Origin: Longimicrobiales bacterium
Lineage (GTDB): Bacteria > Gemmatimonadota > Gemmatimonadetes > Longimicrobiales > Gaopeijiaceae
Reading direction: 5' to 3'
DNA: 64,000 nucleotides
NCBI GenBank assembly: GCA_965248195.1
Contig: CBDFIQ010000001.1
Location: forward strand, 1,280,001 to 1,344,000
Shown piece after piece: positions 38,781 to 48,553 of this stretch. The position numbers and the translations under genes were made by a program. Below the pieces are notes generated by a model, which saw only the letters and a list, made by a program, of their open reading frames with translations, was not told the origin of the DNA and did no database searches. The number at the start of each line of letters is the position of its first letter. The first letter of the stretch is position 1.

Positions 38781-39965
38781 ATGGCCGGTAAATTCCAGGG
38801 GACCGACTTCTACGACGTCGACTCGCTCCTGAGTGAAGAGGAGCGCATGATCCGGGACACCGTGCGCGAGTGGGTCGAGGAGCGCGTGATGCCGCTCATA
38901 GGCAAGGCGTACATCGAGCGGCGCTTTCCGAAGGAGCTCATTCCCGAGTTGGGTGAGATGGGCATGCTGGGCGCGAATCTTCCAGAGGAGTACGGCTGCG
39001 CGGGCCTCAACAACATGGCGTACGGCCTCATCGCCCAGGAGCTCGAGCGCGGGGATTCCGGTATTCGGTCGTTTGCTTCGGTTCAGGGCGCCCTGGTCAT
39101 GTATCCCCTCTTCGCCTTCGGGAGCGACGAGCACAAGCAGGAGTGGCTTCCCAAGCTCGCGACGGGCGAAAAGATCGGATGCTTCGGGCTCAGCGAGCCC
39201 GACTATGGGTCGAATCCGGCGGGCATGATCACGACCGCGAAGAAGACCAACGACGGCTGGCTGCTGAACGGCACCAAGATGTGGATCACCAACGGCTCCA
39301 TGGCCGATGTCGCCATCATCTGGGCGCAGACGGCGGAAATCGGCGACACGAAAGGGATCCGCGGATTCGTCGTTCCCACCGATGTCGACGGCTTCTCGGC
39401 CCGCGACCAGAAGGGAAAGCTGTCGCTGCTGGCCTCCGACACCAGCGAGGTACATCTGGCGGATATTCACTTGCCCGACAGCGCCCTGCTGCCCGAGACT
39501 ACCGGGCTGAAAGGCCCGCTCATGTGCCTCACCCAGGCGCGTTTCGGCATCACCTTCGGGGCCGTGGGCGCCGCCATGGCATGCTTCGAGGAGGCCAGGA
39601 GCTACGCCAAGGAGCGGGTGATGTTCGGTGGTCTCCTCGGGGGCAAGCAGATCCAACAGATCCGGCTGGCGGATATGCTGACCAAGATCACGCAGGCCCA
39701 ATTACTGTGCATCCAACTCGCCCGGCTCAAGGACGCCGGCACGATGACGCCTCAGCAGGTTTCCCTCGCCAAGCGCGCCAACGTCGATATGGCGTGCGAC
39801 ATCGCCCGCGAGGCCCGGAGGCTCCTAGGGGCCAACGGGATCCTTGTCGAGTACCACTCCATGCGGCATATGGCCAACCTGGAATCGGTCTACACCTACG
39901 AGGGCACGCACGACATCCACGGGCTGATTCTTGGAGAGGCGGTGACGGGGATTGCGGCGTACTGA
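38781..39965 (+). CDS. gcdH: Acyl-CoA dehydrogenase, glutaryl-CoA dehydrogenase-like
   Basis: ELERGDSGIRS, GCFGLSEPDYGSNP, KMWITNG, TYEGTHDIH. Confidence 0.85.
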   Translation: MAGKFQGTDFYDVDSLLSEEERMIRDTVREWVEERVMPLIGKAYIERRFPKELIPELGEMGMLGANLPEEYGCAGLNNMAYGLIAQELERGDSGIRSFASVQGALVMYPLFAFGSDEHKQEWLPKLATGEKIGCFGLSEPDYGSNPAGMITTAKKTNDGWLLNGTKMWITNGSMADVAIIWAQTAEIGDTKGIRGFVVPTDVDGFSARDQKGKLSLLASDTSEVHLADIHLPDSALLPETTGLKGPLMCLTQARFGITFGAVGAAMACFEEARSYAKERVMFGGLLGGKQIQQIRLADMLTKITQAQLLCIQLARLKDAGTMTPQQVSLAKRANVDMACDIAREARRLLGANGILVEYHSMRHMANLESVYTYEGTHDIHGLILGEAVTGIAAY

Positions 39966-39985
39966 GAGGCGGCCGCGGGAACGAC

Positions 39986-40013
39986 TTGACCGTTTCTCGG
40001 GGCTGGGTAGCTT
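39986..40013 (+). promoter_or_regulatory. Putative sigma70 promoter
   Basis: TTGACC-N16-TAGCTT about 85 bp upstream of ATG 40098. Confidence 0.4.
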
Positions 40014-40097
40014 CTAACGCTCTTCTTCGGGAGAGACGTCCGGTTGGAGGCGCCGGGGCGATGTTCGACCAACACCTCCTTTGACGTGAGAGATCTC

Positions 40098-42490
40098 ATG
40101 AAACCGATTTTCCAGGCGTTGCCGATACTCGTCGTCGCTTTCTGGAGCGGAGCCGTTCCCGGATCCGCTCAGTCGGCGGCGGGTGGCCCGTCCTCCGTAG
40201 CAGCCACGCCAGGGTTCGGGGGCGCGGTCGCGGTCGGCGATGGAGAAGTGTTCGTGGGCGAGGCCGGTACCAGATCGTGCCCGGGACCGTTTACGTCTTC
40301 CGTCGCCGGTCGACGGGGTGGGAGGAGGTGGCCCGTCTTCGCGCATCCGACGGGGTCCGAGATGACGGCTTCGGGGCAGCGATCGCGGTGGATGGCGAGA
40401 CGTTGTTGGTGAGTGCCGCGGCTCGGGATGAGGGCGGTGCCGTCTACGTGTTCGAGCGGTCTTCGGCTGGGGATTGGATGGAGGTGGACCGGCTTCCCGC
40501 GGTCGACATCGACCCTCGCGGTGACTACGGAGCTACGCTGGCTCTGGTGGGCGACATCGCGATGGTCGGGGCACCCGCTTTGACAGCTGCGAGCGCAGAG
40601 TCGTCGGCGGCAGGCGCGGTCTACGTCTTCGAGCGGTCCGGTGGAGGCTGGAGCGCCGGGGCCGTCCTGTCCGAGGGAGACGCAGGTAACGGTTTCGGGG
40701 CTGCGCTGGCTCTCCAGTCGGGTAGAGTCCTGGTGGGGGCGCCGCTGGCCGATAGTGCGGGGACGGCCTACTCGTTCAGTGGTGATGGGGGTCTTTGGCG
40801 GCTGGACGGTACGATTCTGGCTCGCGGGGTGAGGAGGGGCGACCGGTTCGGAGCCTCTCTGACTTCGGACGGCGACGAGGCTCTGGTGGCTGCACCGGGT
40901 CGGAATGGGGGGGAGGGGGTGGTCTTCACGTTCCGACGGGAGCGTGACGGCGAGTGGTCGTCTGTCGGACTCCTCATCCCTTTCGACGGTTTTCAGTCCG
41001 ACGGGTTCGGTGCGAGTCTCGGCTTGGGTGATGGCGAGGTATGGGTCGGCTCGCCGCAGGCCGGCGGCCGTAGGGGCGCCGCCTACGTATTTTCGCGTGA
41101 GATCTCGGGTGGATGGGGTAGCGTCACGAAGATCATGGATGCCACCGTCGGCTCGGGAAGCGGGTTCGCTGCCGCGCTCGACGTCGAGGACGACTTGGCG
41201 GTGCTGGGGGTGTCGGGGGCCGACTACGGGGTAGGATCAGCCGTCATCTTCGAGCGGGGCGCCGGCGGTTGGGAGCCGGCCGGCACTGTGAAGGGGGAGA
41301 TGGAGGGATACGCCGCCGTGCTCGGTGAGCAGATCGAGTGCGCCGATGACGAGGCGTCGGCCTTCGAGTGCGCCGGCTACGATCTGGTGTCATTCCTTCC
41401 CGTTGGCGCCATGGGCGTGCCGCGCGGAGTCAATCTGAACGACCTCTGGGGGTGGACGGATCCCGAAACTGGACGCGAGTACGCCTTGGCTGCGCGCCGG
41501 GACGGTGTGTCCTTCGTGGACGTCAGCGATCCGTTGAATCCGCGCTACCTGGGTCAGCTCTTGAGGACCGAGGGATCGCCGTTGGCTGCATGGAGGGACA
41601 TAAAGGTCTACAGGAACCACGCGTACATCGTGGCCGACGGCTCGGGTCTTCACGGCATCCAGATCTTCGATCTGACCCAACTCAGAAACGTGACGGAGCC
41701 GGTGACATTCGAGGAGACCGCGCACTACGCGGGTGTGGCCAGCGTTCACAACATCGCCATCAACGAGGAGACCGGTTTTGGCTACAGCGTCGGGAACAGC
41801 TCGGGGGGCGAAACGTGTGGCGGAGGGATCCACATCATCGATCTCGAAGAGCCGGCGAGCCCCACCTTCGCGGGTTGCTTCTCACAGCCGGGCACAGGAC
41901 GGAACGGCACAGGTTATACGCACGACGCCCAATGCGTCACCTACCGGGGCCCCGACGAGGAACACCAGGGCAAGCAGATCTGCCTCGGGTCCAACGAGAC
42001 CGCCTTCAACATCGTCGACGTGACGGATCCGTCGAATGCGGTGGCGCTCTCGCTGGCTAGCTACCCGGACGTCGCCTACACCCATCAGGGTTGGCTTACC
42101 GAGGATCAGCGGTATTTCTACCAGGGAGACGAGCTGGACGAGGGAGACGGCCGCAAGACCCGTACTCTCATCTGGGACGTCTCGGACCTGGATGACCCGG
42201 TGCTCGTGAAAGAATTTTACGGCACGCACGAGTCTACGGACCACAACATGTACGTGCTGGGCAACCTCCTGTACCAGTCCAACAACCGTGCGGGACTCAG
42301 GGTGCTCGACATCAGCGATCCCGAGGACCCGGTGGAAGTCGGCTTCTTCGACACCGTGCCATACGGAGACAACGGTCCCGGCAGCGGAGGATCGTGGAGC
42401 AACTATCCGTACTTCGAGAGTGGGATTGTTGTGGTCAGCAGTCGGTTCGAGGGTCTCTTCATCCTGAAGAAGAAACAGCCGATCATGTGA
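40098..42490 (+). pseudogene. FG-GAP repeat + choice-of-anchor B family secreted protein, 1-nt frameshift near 40269
   Basis: Signal peptide and first FG-GAP repeat lie in frame 40098, the rest in frame 40277; NDLWGWTDPETGREYA, WRDIKVY, HNIAINEETG, YTHQGWLTED, WSNYPYFESG. Confidence 0.82.
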
Positions 42491-42501
42491 CGGGGGTCCA
42501 G

Positions 42502-43248
42502 TTATCTACAGATGAGCGGATCCGGGTCCAGAGCGTTCGGCGCGGCCAGTGGCACGTCGAAAACGTCGACCCAGCCTTCTTCTTGGTCGTCCGAGCGAAT
42601 CTGAACCCAGAAACGGCTCTCGCCCTCATGGACCACGCTTCCTCCATATTCGTAGTCGGAAGACGTGAAGAAGTCGGGCCCCGGCCAGAATTGCTCCGTG
42701 TCGAAGAACGCACCCTTGAACCACGTGTTGTAGAAGCCCTCGCCCAGGTAGTCTAGAACGTAGAGCGTATCACCCGGCTGAAAGATGTCCTCCTCGTCCA
42801 GGAACGGAACTGGCCTCGACGGGCGGGTGATGGCCACGATGCCCGGCGAATCGACGACCACGGCTCCCGTGAGGACTTCGAATCTCTCATTCGCTTCGAG
42901 GGTCGTGACCGGATTCGTGGCCACTCCCAGGCTCGCGTAGACGGGTACCGCACCACACGCCAACCACTCGTCAAACATGCAGCCTTCGCCGGGGCAGGCC
43001 GGCTGCACCACATACGGGAATAACAGCTCGGAAGACATCGGGGTTTCGGAGTCGGGTGCCGAGTCGATTTGTGGTCCCGAACTCGGCTGGTTTGCTTCGA
43101 GATCGCCGTTGGTCTGTGCTGCTTCGGCCGCCAGGCCGGTTTGCGAATCCTCTGCATCGTCCTCCGGGGCCGCGCAAGCGGCGGCGCTCAAGCTGACCAA
43201 GAGGGGCAGGGCCGCTAGAAGGTGATGCGCTGTTGGTCCGAACCTCAT
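42502..43248 (-). CDS. Hypothetical lipoprotein
   Basis: Lipobox AAAC, low-complexity linker, ACPGEGC motif, SH3-like FWVQIR..EGWV. Confidence 0.7.
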   Translation of the reverse strand: MRFGPTAHHLLAALPLLVSLSAAACAAPEDDAEDSQTGLAAEAAQTNGDLEANQPSSGPQIDSAPDSETPMSSELLFPYVVQPACPGEGCMFDEWLACGAVPVYASLGVATNPVTTLEANERFEVLTGAVVVDSPGIVAITRPSRPVPFLDEEDIFQPGDTLYVLDYLGEGFYNTWFKGAFFDTEQFWPGPDFFTSSDYEYGGSVVHEGESRFWVQIRSDDQEEGWVDVFDVPLAAPNALDPDPLICR

Positions 43249-43383
43249 TTTCGCGTCCTTCGTATAGACCAGGGCAATCCTATGCTATTTCCAAACTGTG
43301 CCTATTCCAGTCTACTCGTAAACGATTTCGTAGAGGCCCTGATGGGTTCGGCTGAGCAATTGACCATCGCCTCCAGGCGCTAC

Positions 43384-43411
43384 TTGACCCTTTTGGGGTG
43401 CCGGATAGTTT
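43384..43411 (+). promoter_or_regulatory. Putative tRNA promoter
   Basis: TTGACC-N16-TAGTTT just upstream of the tRNA. Confidence 0.5.
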
Positions 43412-43434
43412 TCAACCCTCTCCTTCGGGGGATT

Positions 43435-43508
43435 GCCCTGCTAGCTCAACTGGCTAGAGCAACTGACTCTTAATCAGTAGGTTCGGGGTTCGAGTCCCTG
43501 GCGGGGCA
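43435..43508 (+). tRNA. tRNA-Lys(CTT)
   Basis: Cloverleaf: GCCCTGC/GCGGGGC acceptor, GCTC/GAGC D-stem, ACTGA-CTCTTAA-TCAGT anticodon arm, CGGGG-TTCGAGT-CCCTG T-arm; CCA not encoded. Confidence 0.97.
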
Positions 43509-43528
43509 CTAGGCAGCACAAAGCTTAT

Positions 43529-43550
43529 CGGCCTTGGGCCGTTTTTCTTT
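43529..43550 (+). terminator. Possible intrinsic terminator after the tRNA
   Basis: CGGCC-TTG-GGCCG followed by TTTTTCTTT. Confidence 0.45.
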
Positions 43551-43831
43551 GATGGGCCGAGTCAGCCATAAGTCAGCCACAGGACTGGTTTCGAGCGCCT
43601 TCTTCGGGGCCTATCGACGCTGAGTCTGCGCCGGTAGATCGACGTCAACTACTCCGACTCAAGTCCGTCCCATCGGAGTTTCATCGGAGTTTTTCCGAAA
43701 TAATTAGGGTCGAGAGACGAACGCTCGCATCTGGGTTCCCCTTGCATGACGACGGATTGCCCCCGACAGTTCGCGTGGAAACGCTCTTTAGAGACAGTTC
43801 GCTGCACTCCTTCTCATTCCATCACGACCTT

Positions 43832-46035
43832 ATGAACTCCAGCCTCACCGAGATCGAGAATCGCCTCTGGGACGCTGCTGACGAGCTTCGCGCCAACTCC
43901 AAGCTCAAGTCATCGGAATACTCCGTTCCCGTGCTCGGGCTCATCTTCCTCCGCTACGCCGATCATCGGTTCACGACTGCCGAAGCAGAGCTGGGCGAGA
44001 AATCGTCCAGCAGGCGCACCGTAGGCAAGACTGACTACCAAGCGAAGGGGGTCCTCTATCTGCCCAATGAGGCTCGACTCCCGTCGCTCCTGGCGCTCCC
44101 GAACATCGGACAGGCAGTCGACGAGGCTGGCAAGGGCCACAACGGGCGCCTGGGGCGCCGTGTACGACTGATCCAACATTCCGCGGGCTCCGGCAAGTCC
44201 AACACCATCAGCTGGACGGCGCACCAGGTGACCAATCTGCATGACGACGCCGACAAGCCGATCTTCAGCTCGGCCGTCATCGTGACCGATCGCATCGTGC
44301 TGGACCGCCAGCTTCAGAATACCGTCGCGCAGTTCGAGCAGACCAAGGGGGTGGTCAAGAAGATCGACGGCACCTCGCGGCAGTTGAAGGAGGCGCTGGA
44401 GGGCGGCGCGCGCATCGTCATCACGACGATCCAGAAGTTCTCGACCGAGCACCTCGCGGCGCTGTCGGGCCAGGGTTCACGCACCTTCGCCGTCATTATC
44501 GACGAGGCCCACGGCAGCCAGTCCGGCAAGAGCGCCCAGGCGATGAGCGATGCCCTGACGCGCGACGAGGGTATGACCAGCGACGATATCGAGGATCTGA
44601 TCGCCGATTACCAGAACGCGCGCGGGCCGCAACCCAACATCAGCTACTTCGCCTTCACCGCCACGCCGCGGAACGTGACACTGGAGCGCTTCGGCGCCAA
44701 GGGCGCCGACGGGCTGCCGCAACCTTTCCACCTCTATTCGATGCGCCAGGCCATCGAGGAGGGGTTCATTCTGGACGTGCTCCAGAACTGCATGACCTAC
44801 AAGGCCTATTATCAACTCGAAAAAACCATCGAGGACGATCCCGAACCGAAAGGGCGCAGCGCGCAGCGCCGTGTCGCCCGCTTCGCCTCGCTCCACCGGA
44901 CGGCCATCGGCCAGAAGGTTGAGGTCGTCATCGAGCATTTCCGCCGCCATGTCATGGGCGAACTCGGCGGCCAGGCCCGGGCGATGATCGTCACCGGCGG
45001 CCGGGAACATGCGCTGCGCTATTTCTTCGGCGTGCGCGATTACATCAACGCCCACAGATACACGGATTTAAAGGCCCTGGTTGCGTTTTCCGGCGAGCTG
45101 GAACTGGATGGCGAGACCTACACCGAAGCGGCCTTGAACGGGTTCTCCGAAACCGAACTGCCCCGGCGTTTCGATACCGGCGACTATCGCGTGCTGATCG
45201 TCGCAGAGAAATACCAAACCGGTTTCCATCAGCCGAAGCTCTGCGCCATGTATATGGACCGAAAACTTGCCGGGCTACAGGCGGTCCAAACGCTTTCGCG
45301 TCTCAATCGGACCTATCCGGGCAAGGAGCGCACCTACGTTCTCGACTTCCAGAACACCATCGAGGAGATCCAGGCCGCCTTCAAACCGTATTATGAGGTA
45401 ACCGCCCTGGAGGCCAACTCGGACCCCAATCAGATCTACGAGCTGGAAGCGCGTCTCAAGACCTTCGGCATCCTCGACCAGGGCGAGATCGACCGTTTCG
45501 CCGAGACTTTCTACAAGGGCCCGCTCGATACGCATGACCGGGCACGCCTCGAAGGCCTGGTGCGCCATGCCGTCGCCCGCTTCGAAGCGGAGGACGACGA
45601 GGGGCGGCGCGAGGAGTTCCGGCAACTCCTGAAGAGCTACATGCGCTTCTACAGCTTCGTGGCGCAGATCATCCGGCTCGACGATACGGGGCTTGAGACG
45701 CTCTACACCTACGCGGCCTGGCTGTCCCGCTTGTTGCCCAATCGGGAAATTCCGGCCGACATCGAGATCACCGAGGACATGCTTCGCCTTCAGGCATTCC
45801 GCGTCGAGCAGAAGGAAGAAGGGGCGGCGTCGCTCGGTCCGGGCGACACCGAGACGCTCACGCCGATCAGCGAGTTCGCCGCCAAACCGTACACGGAAGA
45901 GGAAGAACGTTCCCTTTCCGAGATCATCAAGGCGTTCAATGACCGACACGGGACGGCGTTCACGCACGACGACTTCATCCGTTTCGAGCAAGTCAATCGT
46001 GAAATCATGGATGACGACCTGACCGAAATGCTGCG
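43832..46035 (+). pseudogene. Type I R-M relic: HsdM N-terminus fused in frame to an HsdR helicase portion
   Basis: [13 protein letters not shown]...[11 protein letters not shown] (HsdM_N) up to about 44130, then [41 protein letters not shown] (HsdR). No MTase motifs, nuclease domain or hsdS seen. Confidence 0.85.
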
Positions 46036-46527
46036 CAGGCCGTCGCCGCCATCCGGCTGCTGGCGCTCACCGGATGCCGCCGGAGCGAAGTGCTCAATCT
46101 CCGCTGGCGCGACATCGGCGAGCACGCGATCAAGCTGCCCGACTCCAAGACCGGCCCGCACGCGGTGCCGCTCGGCGAAGCCGCGCGAGCGCATATCGAG
46201 GCGCTGGCCAATCCCCGCGACCCGGAGGCGCACCTGTTCCCGCGCCATGCCGAAGGCCGGGGTCTCTCGATACTGACCACCTGCTGGCGCGCGGTCTGCG
46301 CGGATGCGAAGCTCGGCAGGCTGCGGCTGCATGACCTGCGGCACACCGCCGCCAGTCACGCCGTCATGTCCGGCGAAAACCTGCCCCTGGTCGGCAAATT
46401 GCTCGGGCACCGGCGGCACCAGACCACCGCAGGCTACGCTCACTTGGCTGACAGTCACCTTGTCGCGGCGGCCGAGAAGATCGGAAATGCGATTGTCGCA
46501 GCCATGACAAGATGTAGAACACCCTAG
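46036..46527 (+). pseudogene. C-terminal fragment of a tyrosine recombinase
   Basis: [30 protein letters not shown]-terminal domains absent; abuts the truncated hsdR. Confidence 0.88.
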
Positions 46528-46734
46528 CTCGCCATGAAACCACCCTTCGTTTACTTCAATTTGCCGACAACATTGCCCGTTTCGTCGCGCCGTATCGGCA
46601 AATGTGGCACTTCTTCCGTGCGTAGCGGGCGGCTGAGGATAGAGCGCGCACGGTAGGATAGTCATTTTGTTAGGGAATCATAATTCCTAGATCACTCGGC
46701 TATATCGCCGCTCGGAGGAAATCTGTTTTTTGAA

Positions 46735-46923
46735 TCATCGTGATTCCATCTCTTTCACAGACTGGACGAAATCGACATGTTTCGCGTGAGATTCTGCAGT
46801 CATGGGAATTTCAGCCGCCCTTATCTTGGCGCAGATCATCTCCATTTTCTGAAGCGTCAAGCCCGGATTCGATGGGGCGTTAACCGAGAAGGCGATATAG
46901 CGGTGCAGGTTCTTTTCCGCCAC
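46735..46923 (-). pseudogene. Probable C-terminal gene remnant of unknown family
   Basis: Short protein-like ORF without a clear RBS, within island debris. Confidence 0.25.
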
Positions 46924-47062
46924 CCACGATCTCCATGAGACCGACCGTCCAGTATCCCTCTCGGCCTTCGACGAAGCTCTGGTACTGAGAGAGCGGTAGG
47001 TAGAGTTCTAGGTTGTTTTCCTCGTCATGCTAGACGCTGCGGTGCAGTAGAGGGGTGGCATC

Positions 47063-48022
47063 ATGAAAAAGCTCTTGCTCGTGGGCATGGTGATCGCTCT
47101 GGTGATCTCCTCCGGCCCGGTGTTGGCCCAGGACGGCTGGTACATGGGGATGGACCTGGGGGCTGCGGTAGCCCCGGGAATGGACGTAAAGACCGGGGGG
47201 TTGGATGATTGGGTATCGAGCGCGGATGCGGCGCATTCAGCGATCCGATGCGACAAGACCATAAACCCGGACGGTTTTCAGGTAGAAGAAGGAGCGTGTG
47301 GCAATGCCCCTTCGACTTGGGGGCCCATGGACGAGTCGTTTGATGACGGCAGGGGGATCCTGGCTGGGTTGGCCTTGGGGTATCGCATGGGGAACTTCAG
47401 GGCCGAGGGCGAATATTTCTATCGCAGTGCAACCCATGACAGCACGGATGTTCCCTATGATTCCGCGACAAATTATGATCCCGGCACGGATCCGGGATTC
47501 CAGACAGTCATGGATGGAGTCGATGCCGTGCTGTCGCACAACGTTTTTGCCAACTTGCACTACGACTTTCGCTCCGATTCGAAGTTTACGCCGTCTCTGG
47601 GGATTGGAGTCGGCTTTGCGAAAGTCTCGCTTGCGTACCGGACCTTCTGGCGCCGGACGAATGACCCCGAGAACGTCACGGTATTCGATACTGAGGGGGT
47701 GATTGGTGACGAGCTGGCGAAGGCCCAGGCGTTAAACCGGGAAATTGCCGGCACGATCACCGCGGACAGAGCGAAATTGTCGGATCTGCTGCTCGGCTAC
47801 CAGGCGGTGGCGGGCCTGGATTATCAGGTCAGCGATCGGGTCACCATCGGGCTCAAGTTCCGATGGGCGAGTTTCGGCGAATTCGATGACGAGTCGGCAT
47901 ATGATTCTCTCCGCGATCATGCGTCGGTGGCCGGTAACCCGCCGGTCCCCGTTACCTACTATGTCAAGACGGATGACATTCAGTTCTGGGGAATCAGCCT
48001 CAACATGAAGTATCACTTCTGA
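47063..48022 (+). CDS. Outer-membrane beta-barrel surface antigen (opacity/Msp-like OmpA-barrel class)
   Basis: Signal peptide, GWYMGMDLG, LGYRMGNFRAEGEYFYR, ANLHYDF...TPSLGIGVG, YQAVAGLDY, terminal YHF. Confidence 0.85.
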   Translation: MKKLLLVGMVIALVISSGPVLAQDGWYMGMDLGAAVAPGMDVKTGGLDDWVSSADAAHSAIRCDKTINPDGFQVEEGACGNAPSTWGPMDESFDDGRGILAGLALGYRMGNFRAEGEYFYRSATHDSTDVPYDSATNYDPGTDPGFQTVMDGVDAVLSHNVFANLHYDFRSDSKFTPSLGIGVGFAKVSLAYRTFWRRTNDPENVTVFDTEGVIGDELAKAQALNREIAGTITADRAKLSDLLLGYQAVAGLDYQVSDRVTIGLKFRWASFGEFDDESAYDSLRDHASVAGNPPVPVTYYVKTDDIQFWGISLNMKYHF

Positions 48023-48553
48023 CCGGCAGCTAATGGAGTCATCAGGGTCCGAGAGTCTGTCAGATCGGTGTCTCGCGGGGGAAGAGTGATTGGTCACACC
48101 TCCCCCGCAACAAAAATCTCCCTATCGCCGGACCGAGCAGGTTTCGGCACGTGGAGCGACAAAAGGATGCCAACTGCAGTAAGATATTAGGCAGGCCCGA
48201 GTCGAAGGTTGCTGGCACGGCCCGACTGGCGAGCAGTAGAGACTAAATATCGGCGGGAGAGGCGAACATGGCTGACGGCACATCCCACTCCGGCGCGGTC
48301 CATACGAATAACAGCCAAAGCTCCAAATACTCGGCGCCATGTCGAGCCGGCGCAGGCGGAAAGGCGATTGCCAGGAGAACTATTTCACGGCCGAAAATCA
48401 TCGGCGCAATCTCGCCGCCGCCCATTCGCTCATTCGAGACCTTCCGGCCAGGGTCGAGACTCGATGCCTCAGTATCGGTCCTGATCCATCAGGGTGGAGT
48501 AAATACCTAGTTCCGACAATATGATGTACTGAAACGTCGAAGGGAACCTTTTT

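Noticed and set aside
43509..43511. Missing CCA as a sign of a damaged tRNA
   Set aside because: Both att copies lack it and many bacteria add CCA enzymatically.
43742..46276. Functional type I restriction-modification system
   Set aside because: No hsdS, no MTase catalytic motifs and no HsdR nuclease domain; the C-terminus is out-of-frame integrase sequence.
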